A DNA stretch of 64,000 nucleotides from Podarcis muralis. Lineage: Eukaryota. Below, piece by piece: positions 38,220-50,377 of this stretch. A program made the translations under genes and the position numbers. The notes below the pieces were generated by a model. That model was not told the origin of the DNA and did not search any database. It saw nothing but the letters and a program-made list of their open reading frames with translations. The stretch is from positions 11,718,001-11,782,000 of the forward strand of contig NC_135667.1 in assembly GCF_964188315.1 (NCBI RefSeq), in the 5' to 3' direction. Positions within the stretch are counted from its first letter, which is position 1, and each line of letters starts with the position of its first letter.

Positions 38220-38959
38220 CTGCAAATAAAGTGACTTGATATTTCATGAGAGAATTAAAGAGGACACCTGATCATTTTATATCAGTCTTTGACTGCTTAG
38301 ATAAGGAAGAAGCACAATGAGGAAACTCAATTCTAATGGAAAGGAGGATAGTGTGTTGTGACTGCCTTTTGCTGGATTGTGATTTGAGATTGTTGGCAGT
38401 GTGTATGGGGCTTCTGGGCTGCCCAGACGACAATGAAAGCAATCTGTTTCAATCTTGCTTTCCAGAGCTTGGCACCCATCTTATGCCTTTGCTATATATT
38501 TTTTAATGCTTCCTGCATTGTACTCTCCCCTCCACCCCAGCTTCATGTTCAGGGCAACCCATTGGGTGCAGGCTATGAAATATGGTCATTGATCTCTGAA
38601 TAGAGATTTGTACTCAGATCTCACCAGTCATAGTCTTCCATGCTAATTGATATACTTTGCTGGCTCTTGATTAACTGTTTAATTGACACACTAACGTTAC
38701 TCAGAAATTATCTGACAAGAAAATAATGCTAAATTGATATTCCACTCGGTGTATCTATTGACTTTTAGAAAATGTAAAGATGGAGGATTTAACCAATTTA
38801 TAAAATCAATAATACTGCACAGTAGTAGAAACAGGGAGGTTTATCCAGCAGCATGGAAACCCAAAACAGAAAAATACCTTGGACAGAGCAAAAGTTACCT
38901 CAGCCACTCTCAGCGGCTTCCAACAAATAAAAACACAATTTGTTTGGACAGAGAAAAGG

Positions 38960-39058
38960 TTTCTGTTCTCATCCTGAAGCAAAGTACTTAACCTGAAGCA
39001 CTATTTCTGGGTTAGCGGAGTCTGTAACCTGAAGCGTATGTAACCTGAGGTACCACTG
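38960..39058. mobile_element. Right end of a Tigger/pogo-like MITE
   Basis: ...aacctgaggtaccactg|TA, matching the right end of 47505-47702. Confidence 0.75.
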
Positions 39059-39250
39059 TATATCAAGAAGGGCTTTATACCTCCAAACTGTTTTAACAAA
39101 ATGACTCTCCTGACTAAAAAACCCCCTCTACATTTTCAAAGTTAAGAGTGTTACTGCTACTTTGCCCAAGTATTTTTCAATTCATCTTACAAACATACAG
39201 AATTGTTATAACTAAATTTAAGAACGTTGTGCAGAGATAGAATTTCTTAC

Positions 39251-39483
39251 AAGGGGAGTTTAATTGACTCCTGAGAAGGATGCATGTTGAACAAAAAGCT
39301 GGGAAATACATAATCGATATGAGATACTATCCCACCGAGGGCAAGATCACCAGGGTCGTGCCACGCATGTGGAACATGTACAGAATCAGTTGTGGAGCAC
39401 TTAACACAGTCCACATTGCAAACCATGTTTGGGAGCAGCAGCAACATGTTGATGAGAAAGCTCCCTCTACTTCTGGTCTCCAT
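39251..39483 (-). pseudogene. Vmn2r: V2R D exon 1
   Basis: METRSRGSFLINMLLLLPN...PGDLALGG...LP TT|gtaag; 233 bp. Confidence 0.88.
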
Positions 39484-40049
39484 GGTGCACCTTTTTCTCA
39501 TCCCAATTGCATGAAGCCTGATTGGATGAAACGTGGTGTCAGAAGTGGCTCTCAGGCTGTTCCATATGTTCCTCTCTGAGGTCTGTATGGGGCCATCTGG
39601 CCTGGCTGATTTCTCAGGCATTTGTGAACTGTATATTCTGCTGGGAAACACCTGTGCATTTGAACTATATGGCTTAGGAGGCAGCTGATGCTGTCTCCTG
39701 AAGGAAATAATTCTCTGCTTTGTCTTTGACCACAACAGCATTACAGAAGCATTCATTGAATGGGAACTGAGAGCTACCCTTTGATGTTTGATAATGAAAG
39801 AGCAAAACTCGTCAAAAGGACAGAGCCCACCTTTCTTCCCTCCCTAATCTTAGATGACTAAAGAACACTGGGGCACATATTATTTCAGACTTGCTTCTTG
39901 ATTCCCCCTGCTCCCAACAGCCTCCTGAAGGTGAATTGATAACAGTTATTCTGATAATTATAGGGAAGGCAAACATTTCTACAATTATATCCTCTGAACA
40001 GCCTCTGAAAAAGCTTCTGAAAATTAATTGCTGCCCAAACCATGTTTCT

Positions 40050-40410
40050 TCACTAATTATGTATTTTCCTTTTCTGCTGAATTAAGTTTGAACAAAGGAG
40101 AGTCAAACAATGCAAAAGACAAGTATGCCCAAGTTGATATACTTGGTGTCATTAAAAAGCTCTGGCAACTTCCTGGTTGGGAAGGCCACAGTGAAGCTAA
40201 AATATAACCCTAAAATAGAACAAAACATAGTGAATGACCCTTCATTATATTACAGTACAACTTATTAAGTCACTGAGTATGTTGCCAGACCTGGGAGTAG
40301 AATGAGAGTTTGCCCTAACTGAAATTTTATAGCAGAAAGGAAGAACGGAATAAGCAGTTTTCCCTTGAAGGTTTAATATATTGAGTTGAAAGTGGCATTG
40401 CATAGCCTTT
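40050..40410 (-). pseudogene. Orphan, heavily degraded V2R exon-6 (distal 7TM) relic
   Basis: The minus strand reads VVL*YNEGSFTMFCSILG...[44 protein letters not shown], colinear with exon 6 of B-E. Confidence 0.8.
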
Positions 40411-41654
40411 AGTGTAATTCGCCCACTCCTGTGGAATACTCTTGCAATAGTGATTCAGAGGGACCAAACTTCAAAATGTTTGTTAAATACTTTTCTCTGT
40501 TGCCAGGTTTATGCAGACAGTTAAGAAAATATATGTTGTTTGGTAATTTGTTTTATTTTTTGTGTTGTTCTTGAATTTTATTAGAATTGTTCTAAGCCAC
40601 ATTTATTTTTTTAATTAAAATGTGGTAGACAAAACATTTAATAAATAAATAAACATATAAAAATATTGGGATGTTCAATGCAAGTCTCACAAAATATCAA
40701 ATTATTGCCCATGGGGAATTGTCAGTTTCCACTCATTCATTTAATTAATTATTATATGTAAGCAGCATGATGGGCTTGGTACATATCACATATTCAGTTA
40801 AACTTTGAAGACAAGATTCTTAACCAATCCTCTAAAATTAATAAATCGTTACACGAACCTCAAAGATCACACCCAGAAAATTACTTAAGTGCACTGGACA
40901 ACCCTAAACATCATTGGGCATTTTCCAGATTCCATTTTAATTTTCTCCCTTCAGCACTATTACAGGGCAAATGTCACGACATCTAATCGGAACAGAGATT
41001 ATACCCATGCAGCTCTGTTGAGATTGAATCTATCAGGCATGTTCTTCTACACTGATTGTTGTATTGTGATACCCAAAGAGAGCTAATCCAGCCACTACTA
41101 AGGAAATTAAAAACTAGGCTACATTATGAGGAAAAGATCGATTCAATATCTGCCTCATCTACATAACAATGTGTAAGATTTTTCTTTCTTCAGCAACACT
41201 CTGTGTACATCATCTGAGGCCCTTCTTCATGTGCTTCCTTCATGTGAAGTCCTCCAAATCCCCACAACATTTTTTAGTGGCGTTCGAATCATAGCGCCAT
41301 ATTTCAACTCCATATAGAGCATTTGAGTAAGCACTTTGCTACTAAAAATACCTTGAAGGCAGGTTCAAACAGCTGCCCTATCTGATTTTAATAGAACTTC
41401 AACAATGCCTCCATATTACACTTCCAAGAGAGGGGCTCATTAATGCATTCACCCAGGTACGTAAATAAGTAAGTTTGTTCTATAGCCTGCTGATCCAAGC
41501 GGCAACTATACTAAGATTGCCATATTTCAAAAAGATAAAATCCAGACACAAAGGTTGTAGCACTTTTTTGGGCAAAGTTTTTTGGGAGCCCAAGATTGTT
41601 GAGCTTTTTTAAAAATCTACAAAGGGTTGCCATAAATCTGGTAAAGATAAAGGC

Positions 41655-42165
41655 AAAGGACCCCTGGATAGTTAAGCAACTATGGGGTGCAGCACTCATC
41701 TCATTTTCAGGCCGAGGAAGCTGGTGTTTGTCCACAGACAGCTTTCCGGGTCATGTGGCCAGCATTTCTAAACTGCTTCTTGAGCAATGGAACAGCATGA
41801 CAGAAGCTGAATAAATGAAACTTTATTTGCACCAGCTATCGTTCACAGCAACAAAAGAACATTGGGGTGTACACAGAAAAAAATAAAAAGTCACTTATAT
41901 AAAACACAGTTTAAGGTCCTGAATCAGCAATCAAATAGTGGACCTTATTCTGATTGCCCCAGCAATGACGGAAGCTGTTTACCTTCCCACCACAGCGGTA
42001 CCTATTTATCTACTTGCACTGGTATGCTTTCAAACTGCTAGGTTAGCAGGAGCTGGGACAGAGCAACAGGAACTCACCCTGCCACGGGAATTTGAATGGC
42101 TGACCTTCTGATCGGCAAGCCCAAGAGGCTCAGTGGTTTAGACCACAGCACCACCCACGTCCTAG
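41655..42165 (-). mobile_element. Older Sauria SINE interrupted by a 155-bp LINE 3' fragment (41810-41964)
   Basis: The SINE halves are colinear. The insert is flanked by ATGAC(A/G)GAAGCTG direct repeats at 41797-41809 and 41965-41977. Confidence 0.75.
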
Positions 42166-42169
42166 GACT

Positions 42170-42440
42170 CTGTATGCCAAAAATCGCAATCTTGGTCTTA
42201 GAGTAATTTATAGATAGACTTTCCTGTTTACAGTATGTGATGAACACCTCCAAGAGACCTAATTGGAAATGAGGGAGGAGCAATAAATCATCAGGATATA
42301 TCGATATTGAGGTCTTTTTGCTCCTAATTACATGAGAAGGGGAGCTTGCATTGCCTAGATATGACACAAAATCATTAATATAAAAGTTAAAAAGAGTGGG
42401 AACCAGAATGCAATCTTTAAGGCATTTTAAAAGCATCATT
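42170..42440 (-). mobile_element. Degraded LINE reverse-transcriptase fragment (RTE/RTEX-like)
   Basis: CILVPTLFNFYIND...SIYPDDLLLL...LSINYSKTK matches RT motifs (YADD-like). Confidence 0.8.
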
Positions 42441-42649
42441 AATACAACAATTTAAACCTAATCCGAGCCTTATTTCTTTGTTGCAGTATAGTTCTTGGAT
42501 CAATAGCAGAAGTCTGCAGTCAATGTTGGCAATTTGAAATTTCTCCCACAGTCTATTTCAATTAAAACAAAGAGCAAGCTTTTCACAGAACAAAACATTA
42601 AATTGGTGCAATTTATTCTTACATAGGATGCAACAAAATATTCTCTCAT

Positions 42650-43551
42650 TTATATCTTTTTTCGTATCAGATGTCCTTTATTGTTCAACTCAGGCCTCAC
42701 CACAATAATGTAGCATTTTGGAAAAAATATACAACTCAGTAACCCAGCACTGGAAGTCAAGATGGAGAAGATCTCCACAGCTACCATGTATTTCCCTTGT
42801 GTGCTCAAGTAAGTTGGAATAAAGGAGAGCCAAACACTGCAAAACACCAACATACTGAAGGTGATGAATTTGGCTTCATTAAAACTGTCAGGTAATTTTC
42901 TGGCTAGGAAGGCTACAGTGAAGCTGACAATAGCCAGGAAACCCATGTAGCTTAAGACACAGCAGAACATGGTGACTGACCCTTCATTACATAAGAGTAC
43001 AATTTGGTCAAGCATTGTGTGTGAATCTAAATCCGGAAATGGAGGGGAAGTTGCCAACCAAAGAGCACAAATCCCTACTTGAATATGGGAGCAGGATAGA
43101 ATTATGGAAAAAGCCAATTGTTTCCCTATCCATTTCCGCATCCTAGATCCTGGTTTGGTGGCCATGAATGCTAAAACCACAGATACCGTTTTGGCCAAGA
43201 TGCTGGAGATGGACACACAGAATATTATACCAAAAGCAGTTTGTCGGAGAAGGCAAGTCACCTCATTAGGCTTTCCAATGAACATCAAGGTGCAGAGAAA
43301 ACAGAAGAGGAGGGAGATGAGGAGAATGTAGGTGAGGCTTCTGTTGTTAGCTTTGACTATGGCTGTGTCCCGGTGCTTAATGAAGATTCCCAGCACCAGA
43401 ACTGTGATCAGAGATAACAAAAGTGCAAAGAAAGTTGAAAGAATGGCTAAAGTGTCATCAAATGCCAAGAAGTTTGGAATCTTAGGAATGCATTGATCCT
43501 GGCCTTTGTTTGGATATTGGTCTTCTGGACAACTGACACAAGTTTCTTCAT
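42650..43551 (-). CDS. Vmn2r: V2R E exon 6 (7TM; open in its own frame)
   Basis: cag|AT GAA GAA ACT TGT...RKKI*; 902 bp. Confidence 0.92.
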
Positions 43552-44198
43552 CTGAAAAGGAATGTAAGGCATTGTTCGTTGTTCAAGCTTTAGAACTGCC
43601 TTCAAGAAGCCCACCTTGTGTTTTTGCCCATGACATGTTTAAAATTCTTCTGCCCAACGTGCATCAAACAGAAATGTCATGTATCACATCTGGATTGAAA
43701 TTTGGTTTTCTCCTGATGTTCAAAAAAGTTTTTCTTAAAATAAGAAGTTCTGTTCAGTGAAATGAGACAACCATTCTAGCTGTATTTCAAAATCTTAGGA
43801 GTCAACAAAGGTGTTAGTCATTTTGACCTCTGTCCAAATCAAAACTGCTGATAGCTTTGTGTTATTTCAGTCTGCCATCTCCTGGTGTTTTATTTCTGGG
43901 GCATTATATAATTCATGGGCATCCAGTCTGACTTTCAGAGCTCTAATATTGCAGTTATCTGGGAACTTGGCACTAGGCATTACTCATTCTTCTAAAAACA
44001 TTGTCCTTAAAATAATTTAAAGCAATTATAAGTAAACAGCCAATGGAAAGGTATCTATATAAAAATGAGGACTATGCTTAATTTGATAATTATAAAAAAA
44101 ACACAAAACATTTTGTGAATGTTAAAAAATATGCACAAAGTAAAAGCCAACAGCGTTATAAAAGGGCTCCTCACTTTTTACTTCAACAAATACAGATA

Positions 44199-44429
44199 CA
44201 GTGGTATCTCTGGTTACAAACTTAATTCGTTCCGGCGGTCCATTCTTAACATGAAACCGCTCTTAACCTGAGGTGTGCTTTGCTAATGGGGCCTCTTGCT
44301 GCCACTGTGCCGACTTCCGCTCGCATCCCGGGGCAAAGTTCACTACCAGGAGCATCTACTTCCGGGTTAGTGGAGCTCGCTGCCCGAAGTGTTTATAAGG
44401 GGGATGGTACGTAACCCGAGGTTCCACTG
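44199..44429. mobile_element. Tigger/pogo-like MITE
   Basis: TA|CAGTGGTATCTC...GAGGTTCCACTG|TA. Confidence 0.85.
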
Positions 44430-44462
44430 TAGTTTGGTGTACTATAACATTGCATGTCTTAC

Positions 44463-44579
44463 CCTTCTCATTTGAGACCATCCCAGCTGGACATGGAGCA
44501 CAAGAATAGCAGCACCCTCCTCTCTCTTCTTCCCATAACCATGATGGCACTTGTCATTACATACTGATAGGGGTGGCAC
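44463..44579 (-). pseudogene. Vmn2r: V2R E exon 5 (10-bp deletion)
   Basis: [22 protein letters not shown], then the frame shifts; CCYSCAPCPAG continues in another frame. Confidence 0.9.
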
Positions 44580-45132
44580 CTGCCCAAATATATAGGGATG
44601 GTTTAGGGTTAAATAAGGTTTGTGGAATTAATCTTTCATTATCTTATATCAGATTATCTACCAGCAAACAGGAGGGCAAGTGATGCAGAAGGTAAAATCT
44701 GTAAGTACAGTGGGACACATTAAGTGGTAGGAATCTCTGCTCTACTAAGATTCCTGCGTTGCAGGGTGTTGGACTAGATGACCTCAGGTTCCCTTCCAAC
44801 TCTACAATTTTATGATCCTATGATTATATGAAATTATCTTAATTAATAGCCAACTGGAACATAGGGGTTTTCAAAGCTTTTCTGAAGGGCAGCACAGGTG
44901 AAATGCACATTCCTTGGAATGTAGTTCCATAAAGTAGGGGCCATCACCGATAAGGTCCTTTCTCTAGTGACTGATTATTTAGCTAATTTCAATGGTAGGC
45001 CAGAAAACAGAACCTCCAGATCTGAATTCAAAACATAGACCTGCACATGTAGATAAAGGTAGTCCTTAAAATGATGCTTTCTCTTCAATGACATTCTCAT
45101 TAAAACCACTTGTGTTATTTGTCATCACAATA

Positions 45133-45335
45133 TGGTACTCCTTCCAGGGAGCACTCAGGGCTGATTTCCTGAAGAATGGATGCGTTTGATCTTCTTGCAG
45201 TCCATGAGACTCTCAAGAGTCTCCTCCAGTACCATAATTCAAAAGCATCAATTCTTCGGCGGTCAGCCTTCTTTATGGTCCAGCTCCCACTTCCATACAT
45301 CACTACTGGGAAAACCATGGCTTTAACTATACGGT
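45133..45335 (-). mobile_element. BovB/RTE LINE ORF C-terminal fragment
   Basis: MVFPVVMYGSGSWTIKKADRRRIDAFELWYWRRLLRVSWTARRSNASIL. Confidence 0.88.
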
Positions 45336-45511
45336 CATCACAATATAGTATTCCAATAAATTTCAGCTGTAATTATTTATTTTGTAATGCATTCATTCAT
45401 TCCTCCCCCCCTTATATCCCTCGTGCTCCCATTTTGTGTTTTCTTCCTTTTTATTGCCCTTCCACTTTGAGTGGTGATCACCAGCATTGACGCACACAGT
45501 TAATTCCCTAC

Positions 45512-45730
45512 CTGAGTCAAGCCTCTGTGCCATTCAATTCTGTCATTATCAATGGTGAGGTCTTTCCCAAGAGGATCAAGCCTCCCTACTTTAACTCTGA
45601 TGTAAGATTTATTTTGGAATGTGACCAAGTTTGTAATATCAAATCCGGATGCTAATTCTCCATGTTCGTCCAGTGTGATTGCATCTCCAACACTGTTGTT
45701 GAATGAGATTCTCTGCAGGAATGAGTGGAG
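45512..45730 (-). CDS. Vmn2r: V2R E exon 4 (9-bp in-frame deletion)
   Basis: [15 protein letters not shown]...LDPLGKDL...GLTQ|gt; 219 bp. Confidence 0.9.
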
Positions 45731-45935
45731 CTAGGTTGAAAGAGAAGGACAATGAGAAGGTCAGTGTATGTCAAGGAAGGGAAGGAGTTTCAGAAAATGA
45801 AGAAAACAAGAGCTTGACATTAATGTTTTGTAGAGACTTTGTCACATAAGGAATATCTGTTAGTCAAATAATAGATACTGGGTACAGGCCACTGTCCTGC
45901 ACTCAGAAAATGACAATTAAATGAGGAAACATTAC

Positions 45936-46826
45936 CTGCCAGGGCTCCACATTTTGAGGAGACAATATGTCGCTGGCCTCCATTCTATTGTGTTTTGATC
46001 TGGTTGATTTCATGATATTTAAGGCATGTGCCAAAGCATACACAGCGTTATAGATGCTGTAGCTGTGGCCGGTCATGCTCATTTCAAAATAAGTTGCAGG
46101 AAGGCTCTCCAGCATCTCCTCTCCAGTACATCTGCCATGGATTAATGCAGACATAATGGAGTTTGACCATGAACAACCGAATGCTTTTTCCCAGAAATAT
46201 TTGATAAAGCCATCTTCATCAGACCAAGAAGGATTTACATTCTGAAGAAATTCTTGGAAGTCTTGAATTTCCTTTGAATGAATTGTGAAGGAGATGGCAC
46301 CATGGAACATTTGTCTATCCATATTAGTAATTGTCTGATAGCTATATAATGTGAAATCAATTTGGGCTGTTGTAATCCACACTTTTGCTGTAGAAAGCAT
46401 CTTCTTATTTTGAGGAAACAGTATTTGACTTACCTTGATTCCCCCTATAATCCCTCCCAACCATGTAATAGTTCCACTTTCTCCATATATAACAATTGCA
46501 TTGGCGTTGCTCAGCATGAAAGTTGGAAAAATACCCTTTATGTAAGTAAACATTTCTTCTATGTTATCAGAGAAGCGCACATGTGTTTGAGCTCTTTCTA
46601 TGAATGCTGAACATATTCCATTGTGCAAAAGCATAGGCTCCATGGTCTGCAAGAATTGTTCCCCACCTTCATTATCTATCACATACAGCCCGACCCATTT
46701 CCATTTGAAGTGTAGAAGTAACTGGACAATTCCCCTGTACTGGAGGGCTTCACTGGGGACCATGCGGTAAAAGGAATGGAACTTGTTTGGATCATTCATT
46801 GCTGGTTCAAATGAGCCATATGAAAT
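45936..46826 (-). CDS. Vmn2r: V2R E exon 3
   Basis: aag|ISYGSF...EPWQ|gt; 891 bp, open. Confidence 0.93.
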
Positions 46827-47504
46827 CTTTAAGAACAACAGCAACAGATATATTAGGGTCGGAACAGGAGCTAATTATTGGATAAAATGGCAGATGGGAT
46901 TGCCAAATTTCCCAACCCTCTGGATTCCTGCCCCACTTAAAAATAAATAAATTTGCCAAGCATATGTAGCTGAATGCACACAAGTTAAATATGCATAAAT
47001 TGTGGGTCTGCTGTACTGTTTAACACCCCCCCCCCAATTTTGGTAAGCATCATGGTACAACCTTAAAGTATAGATCCCTAAGTGACTTTCACACACTCCA
47101 ACTGAAGACTAACAAATGTATGCTGGCTGAAGTTTTCATGTACTACAGTCTACTTCATAAGATACATGAAATGTTTTTTTAAATGCCGTATGTATCTGAG
47201 AGAGAGAGAGTTGGAAGCAGGAATTGTAACAGGCTGGTCAAAAGATTGTTTGCACTAACCGCCTGGTAAACTCTTTGATATAAAGAATAATTTTAATGAG
47301 CACCCAACATTTAGAAAACTGTTATAATTTATAATGCCTGTTTTTGGAAGTTAGCCTCTTTAAGTTCAACATGACTCACTCTCAAGAAAACGTGTATGTG
47401 ACTGCAGCTGTTTTGTATTGGTTCATGGAGCGTGGCCTTGTCTTTGAGACGGGATGGGACTTGCAATATCCAGTGATTGCCCATTACATGCAATCATGTG
47501 TGTA

Positions 47505-47702
47505 CAGTGGTACCTCGGGTTAAAAACTTAATTTGTTCTGGAGGTCCGTTCTTAACCTGAAGCCAATGGGGCCTCCTCCTGCTGCTGCACTGCCAGAGCA
47601 TGATTTCTGTTCGCATCCTGAAGCAAAGTTTTTAACCTGAGGTACTATTTCTGGGTTAGCGGAGTCTGTAACCTGAAGCATCTGTAACCTGAGGTACCAC
47701 TG
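47505..47702. mobile_element. Tigger/pogo-like MITE
   Basis: TA|CAGTGGTACCTC...GAGGTACCACTG|TA. Confidence 0.9.
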
Positions 47703-47747
47703 TATGTGTGTGTGTGTGTAGAGGGGCAGAGAGAGTGGGGGTGGCAG

Positions 47748-47938
47748 CAGTGGCGTAGCGTGGGGGGTGCAGGGGGGGTGCAGGGGGGGCCGGCCGCACC
47801 GGGCACAACATCTGGGGTTAGGGCAAATCCACAGGTTAGGGGGCGCAAATCCATGGGTTAGGGGGCGCAAATCCACGGGTTAGGGGGCACAAATTACTTG
47901 CCTTGCCCTGGGTGCTGACAACCCACGCTACGCCACTG
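47748..47938. mobile_element. hAT-type MITE with internal 22-bp repeats
   Basis: 17-bp perfect TIR CAGTGGCGTAGCGTGGG with an exact 8-bp TSD GGTGGCAG. Confidence 0.92.
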
Positions 47939-48347
47939 GGTGGCAGTGGACTGGCAGATAAGGCAGTCTCTTTAACCTAAAGAGAAAATCTCTCTAATAG
48001 ACTGACTGAGTGAAAAATCAGTAATTATACAAGTGGGGGTCTTGAGGGTTTGTGGTTCTGGGATTTTTGTGAAGATGCTGTTGTAATTGCCAAAAGCTGA
48101 TAACCCATCTCCTTCTATCACATTTGAAGCAATTCGCCTCTAAATGAATTAAACAAAATTCTTTTACACCCCCACCCATTTCATGCACATTATTTGATAG
48201 ACCCAAAGGCAATTCCACATATTTCAGTTAATTTTACTTTTCGCCATTATGCTTTATGATTCATGGAAACACTGCTGGAAAGAATGGAAAAAGGAATTGT
48301 GGGGGCGATGAGAGGAAAGCCTGATCGTAACAATCTTCAGATCCTAC

Positions 48348-48639
48348 CTGCGGAATCTTGTAAAGACTCAAGATGTCTGCCATGCATGAAGAGGTGTCAG
48401 AACTAAGTCCCCCAATTACTCCTATTACATTTTCCTGAATGCCACATTTGTAGTTAGGGAAAAACTGACGTGATTTAAAGAGTAGGTCCAGAGTGGTGCG
48501 GTAAGTCTTCCTTGAATCAGTATAGCTGTCATAGATGTGGAAGCCAAGGGTGACATTGGGCAAGATCCATGGATTTTCATTGATCTCATCAATGGCAAAA
48601 ACCAGAGCAAGGATGTGCTGGTAGAACTTGGTCACCATG
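48348..48639 (-). CDS. Vmn2r: V2R E exon 2
   Basis: 292 bp, open. Confidence 0.93.
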
Positions 48640-49068
48640 CTGCAAATAAAGTGACTTACTATTTCATGGCAGAATCATACAGTGAACAGTACTGGTCCTT
48701 TCTAGACCAGAGAGATTCAGCAGTCTATTAAGGAGAGGGCACAGCCAGCAAGGTTAGTCATTAGCCAAACCCTTTAGGAAAGAAAGAAAATGCGCTGTGA
48801 TAACCTTTCACTGCATTGTTCCTTTAGACTTGTACACCAGGTAAGGGCTTACCCATACTTACTTTTTGCCTAGCTCTTTCCAGGCATAGATCCACATGTT
48901 CCCCATGTCCAATAATTTTTTTATTTTTTTTTGCCCCAGAGCTTCCCCCATGAACACCCACTTTTTAGTGCTAAATTGGAGAAAAGGTTGATTCAGGGTA
49001 TGCTCTGGAGCAAAATACTATGATGACGATGACGACAACTAATGGTACTTGGACATGGAGCTTTAAAG

Positions 49069-49204
49069 CAGGCATAGGCAAACTTGACCCTCCAGATGTT
49101 TTAGGACTACAACTCCCATCATCCCTAGCTAACAGGACCAGTTGTCAAGGATGATGGGAGTTGTAGTCCCAAAACATCTGGAGGGGCAAATTTGCCTAAG
49201 CCTG
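49069..49204. mobile_element. hAT-type MITE, 136 bp (related to 32172)
   Basis: TIR CAGGCATAGGCAAA/TTTGCCTAAGCCTG with an exact TSD CTTTAAAG. Confidence 0.9.
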
Positions 49205-50184
49205 CTTTAAAGTTTGGTCCATGCCTAGAAAGAGTGGAGGAAGGTTGTAAATGTTTGGATCTGACTTCAGCTCTCATATTTTTAAATGTGTCAGAACACA
49301 TACATTATGGAGACACGGATTCAGAATTGATAAAATATTTTCTGGAACTGCATTTCAGTTTTGGTGGTTTTGTCCAGTTTGTTCTTCATTACTTAAACAG
49401 TTTCAGTTATGCATAACGACTGTTGCTGAAACACTTTGATAATTTTGGGATGCCATTTATTGTCTCATCAATTGATGGAGCATAGTTTAAAAAAGAACAA
49501 CAACACACACAGAATAAATTGGCACAATTCTATTATCGATACGAATTGTCCATAACTTGATCTGCTCTAGAATGCTTTAATCTAAGCATTTCTGTTCCAT
49601 AGTACAACCCTTAAAATGGAGATCACAACAAATAGTATCTGGAAAAATGTGCCATTTTCAAGTAGACTGCAGGAGTAGGGAATGTGTTCCCTTAAGGGTA
49701 ATCTTTGGGTGGACTGGGGTATGGAGGGCCAGAGTCAAAATAATGCAGGATGCACCATTTCCTTCTGCCATCCTGTTTCCTCTCTCTACCACTCGCTTCC
49801 GTCCGTCCGTCCATCCCTCCCTGCCACTGCTTTCACCCACCTCCCTTTCTCCTATTTTTATGGTCAAGGGTAGAGCCAGCCCAATACATTTTGGCACCTG
49901 AGGCAAGCCAGGAAAGAAGGTGGGAGTGAAGAGCTACATTGGGAACAAGTGTGGGTAGAGACCAGCAGCACTTCCTATTCACCAAGAAGCTGTTTTGGTG
50001 GCAGCTTCAAGGGGGGATTGTGAAAGAGGTCGCAAATGCAGCCTCCAAGGAACATATCCCATCTGTCTCTACCATTGTGGCAGCAGCAGCAGAACTGAGC
50101 GATGCATCCCTTGGAGGGCAGATCTGCCGACCCTGTGGATCCTGCCACCTGAGGTGAACACCTCGCCTTGCCTCATGGGACGAA

Positions 50185-50377
50185 GGCCAGTGGTACAGCA
50201 TCCACTTTGCATGCAGAAGGTCCCAGATTCAACCCTTGGCATTTCCAAGTTGGGATGGGAGTGCCCTTTGTCTGAAACCCTGGAGAGCCACTACCACTCA
50301 TTGTATGCAGTGCAGAAAATACCGGGATAGATGGACCATTAGTCTGTCTCAGTATAAGACAACGTCATATGTTCCTC
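50185..50377 (+). mobile_element. SINE (Squam2/MIR-like)
   Basis: tRNA-like head (gtggtacagcat...ggtcccagattcaacc) and an L2-like tail; fragments also near 20860-20975 and 57360-57470. Confidence 0.6.

Larger units (their letters stand above)
30325..39483 (-). pseudogene. Vmn2r: V2R gene D, pseudogene
   Basis: Exons 39483-39251, 38219-37928, 36541-35658, 33055-32828, 32013-31887 and 31223-30325. Exon 3 is 884 bp with a frameshift near 36117. Exon 6 has an in-frame TAA at 30753-30751 where paralogues have CAA/CAG. Confidence 0.9.

Noticed and set aside
39484-39756. Long N-terminal extension of the D exon-1 ORF
   Set aside because: No similarity to paralogues, and it would bury the signal peptide; a chance open frame.
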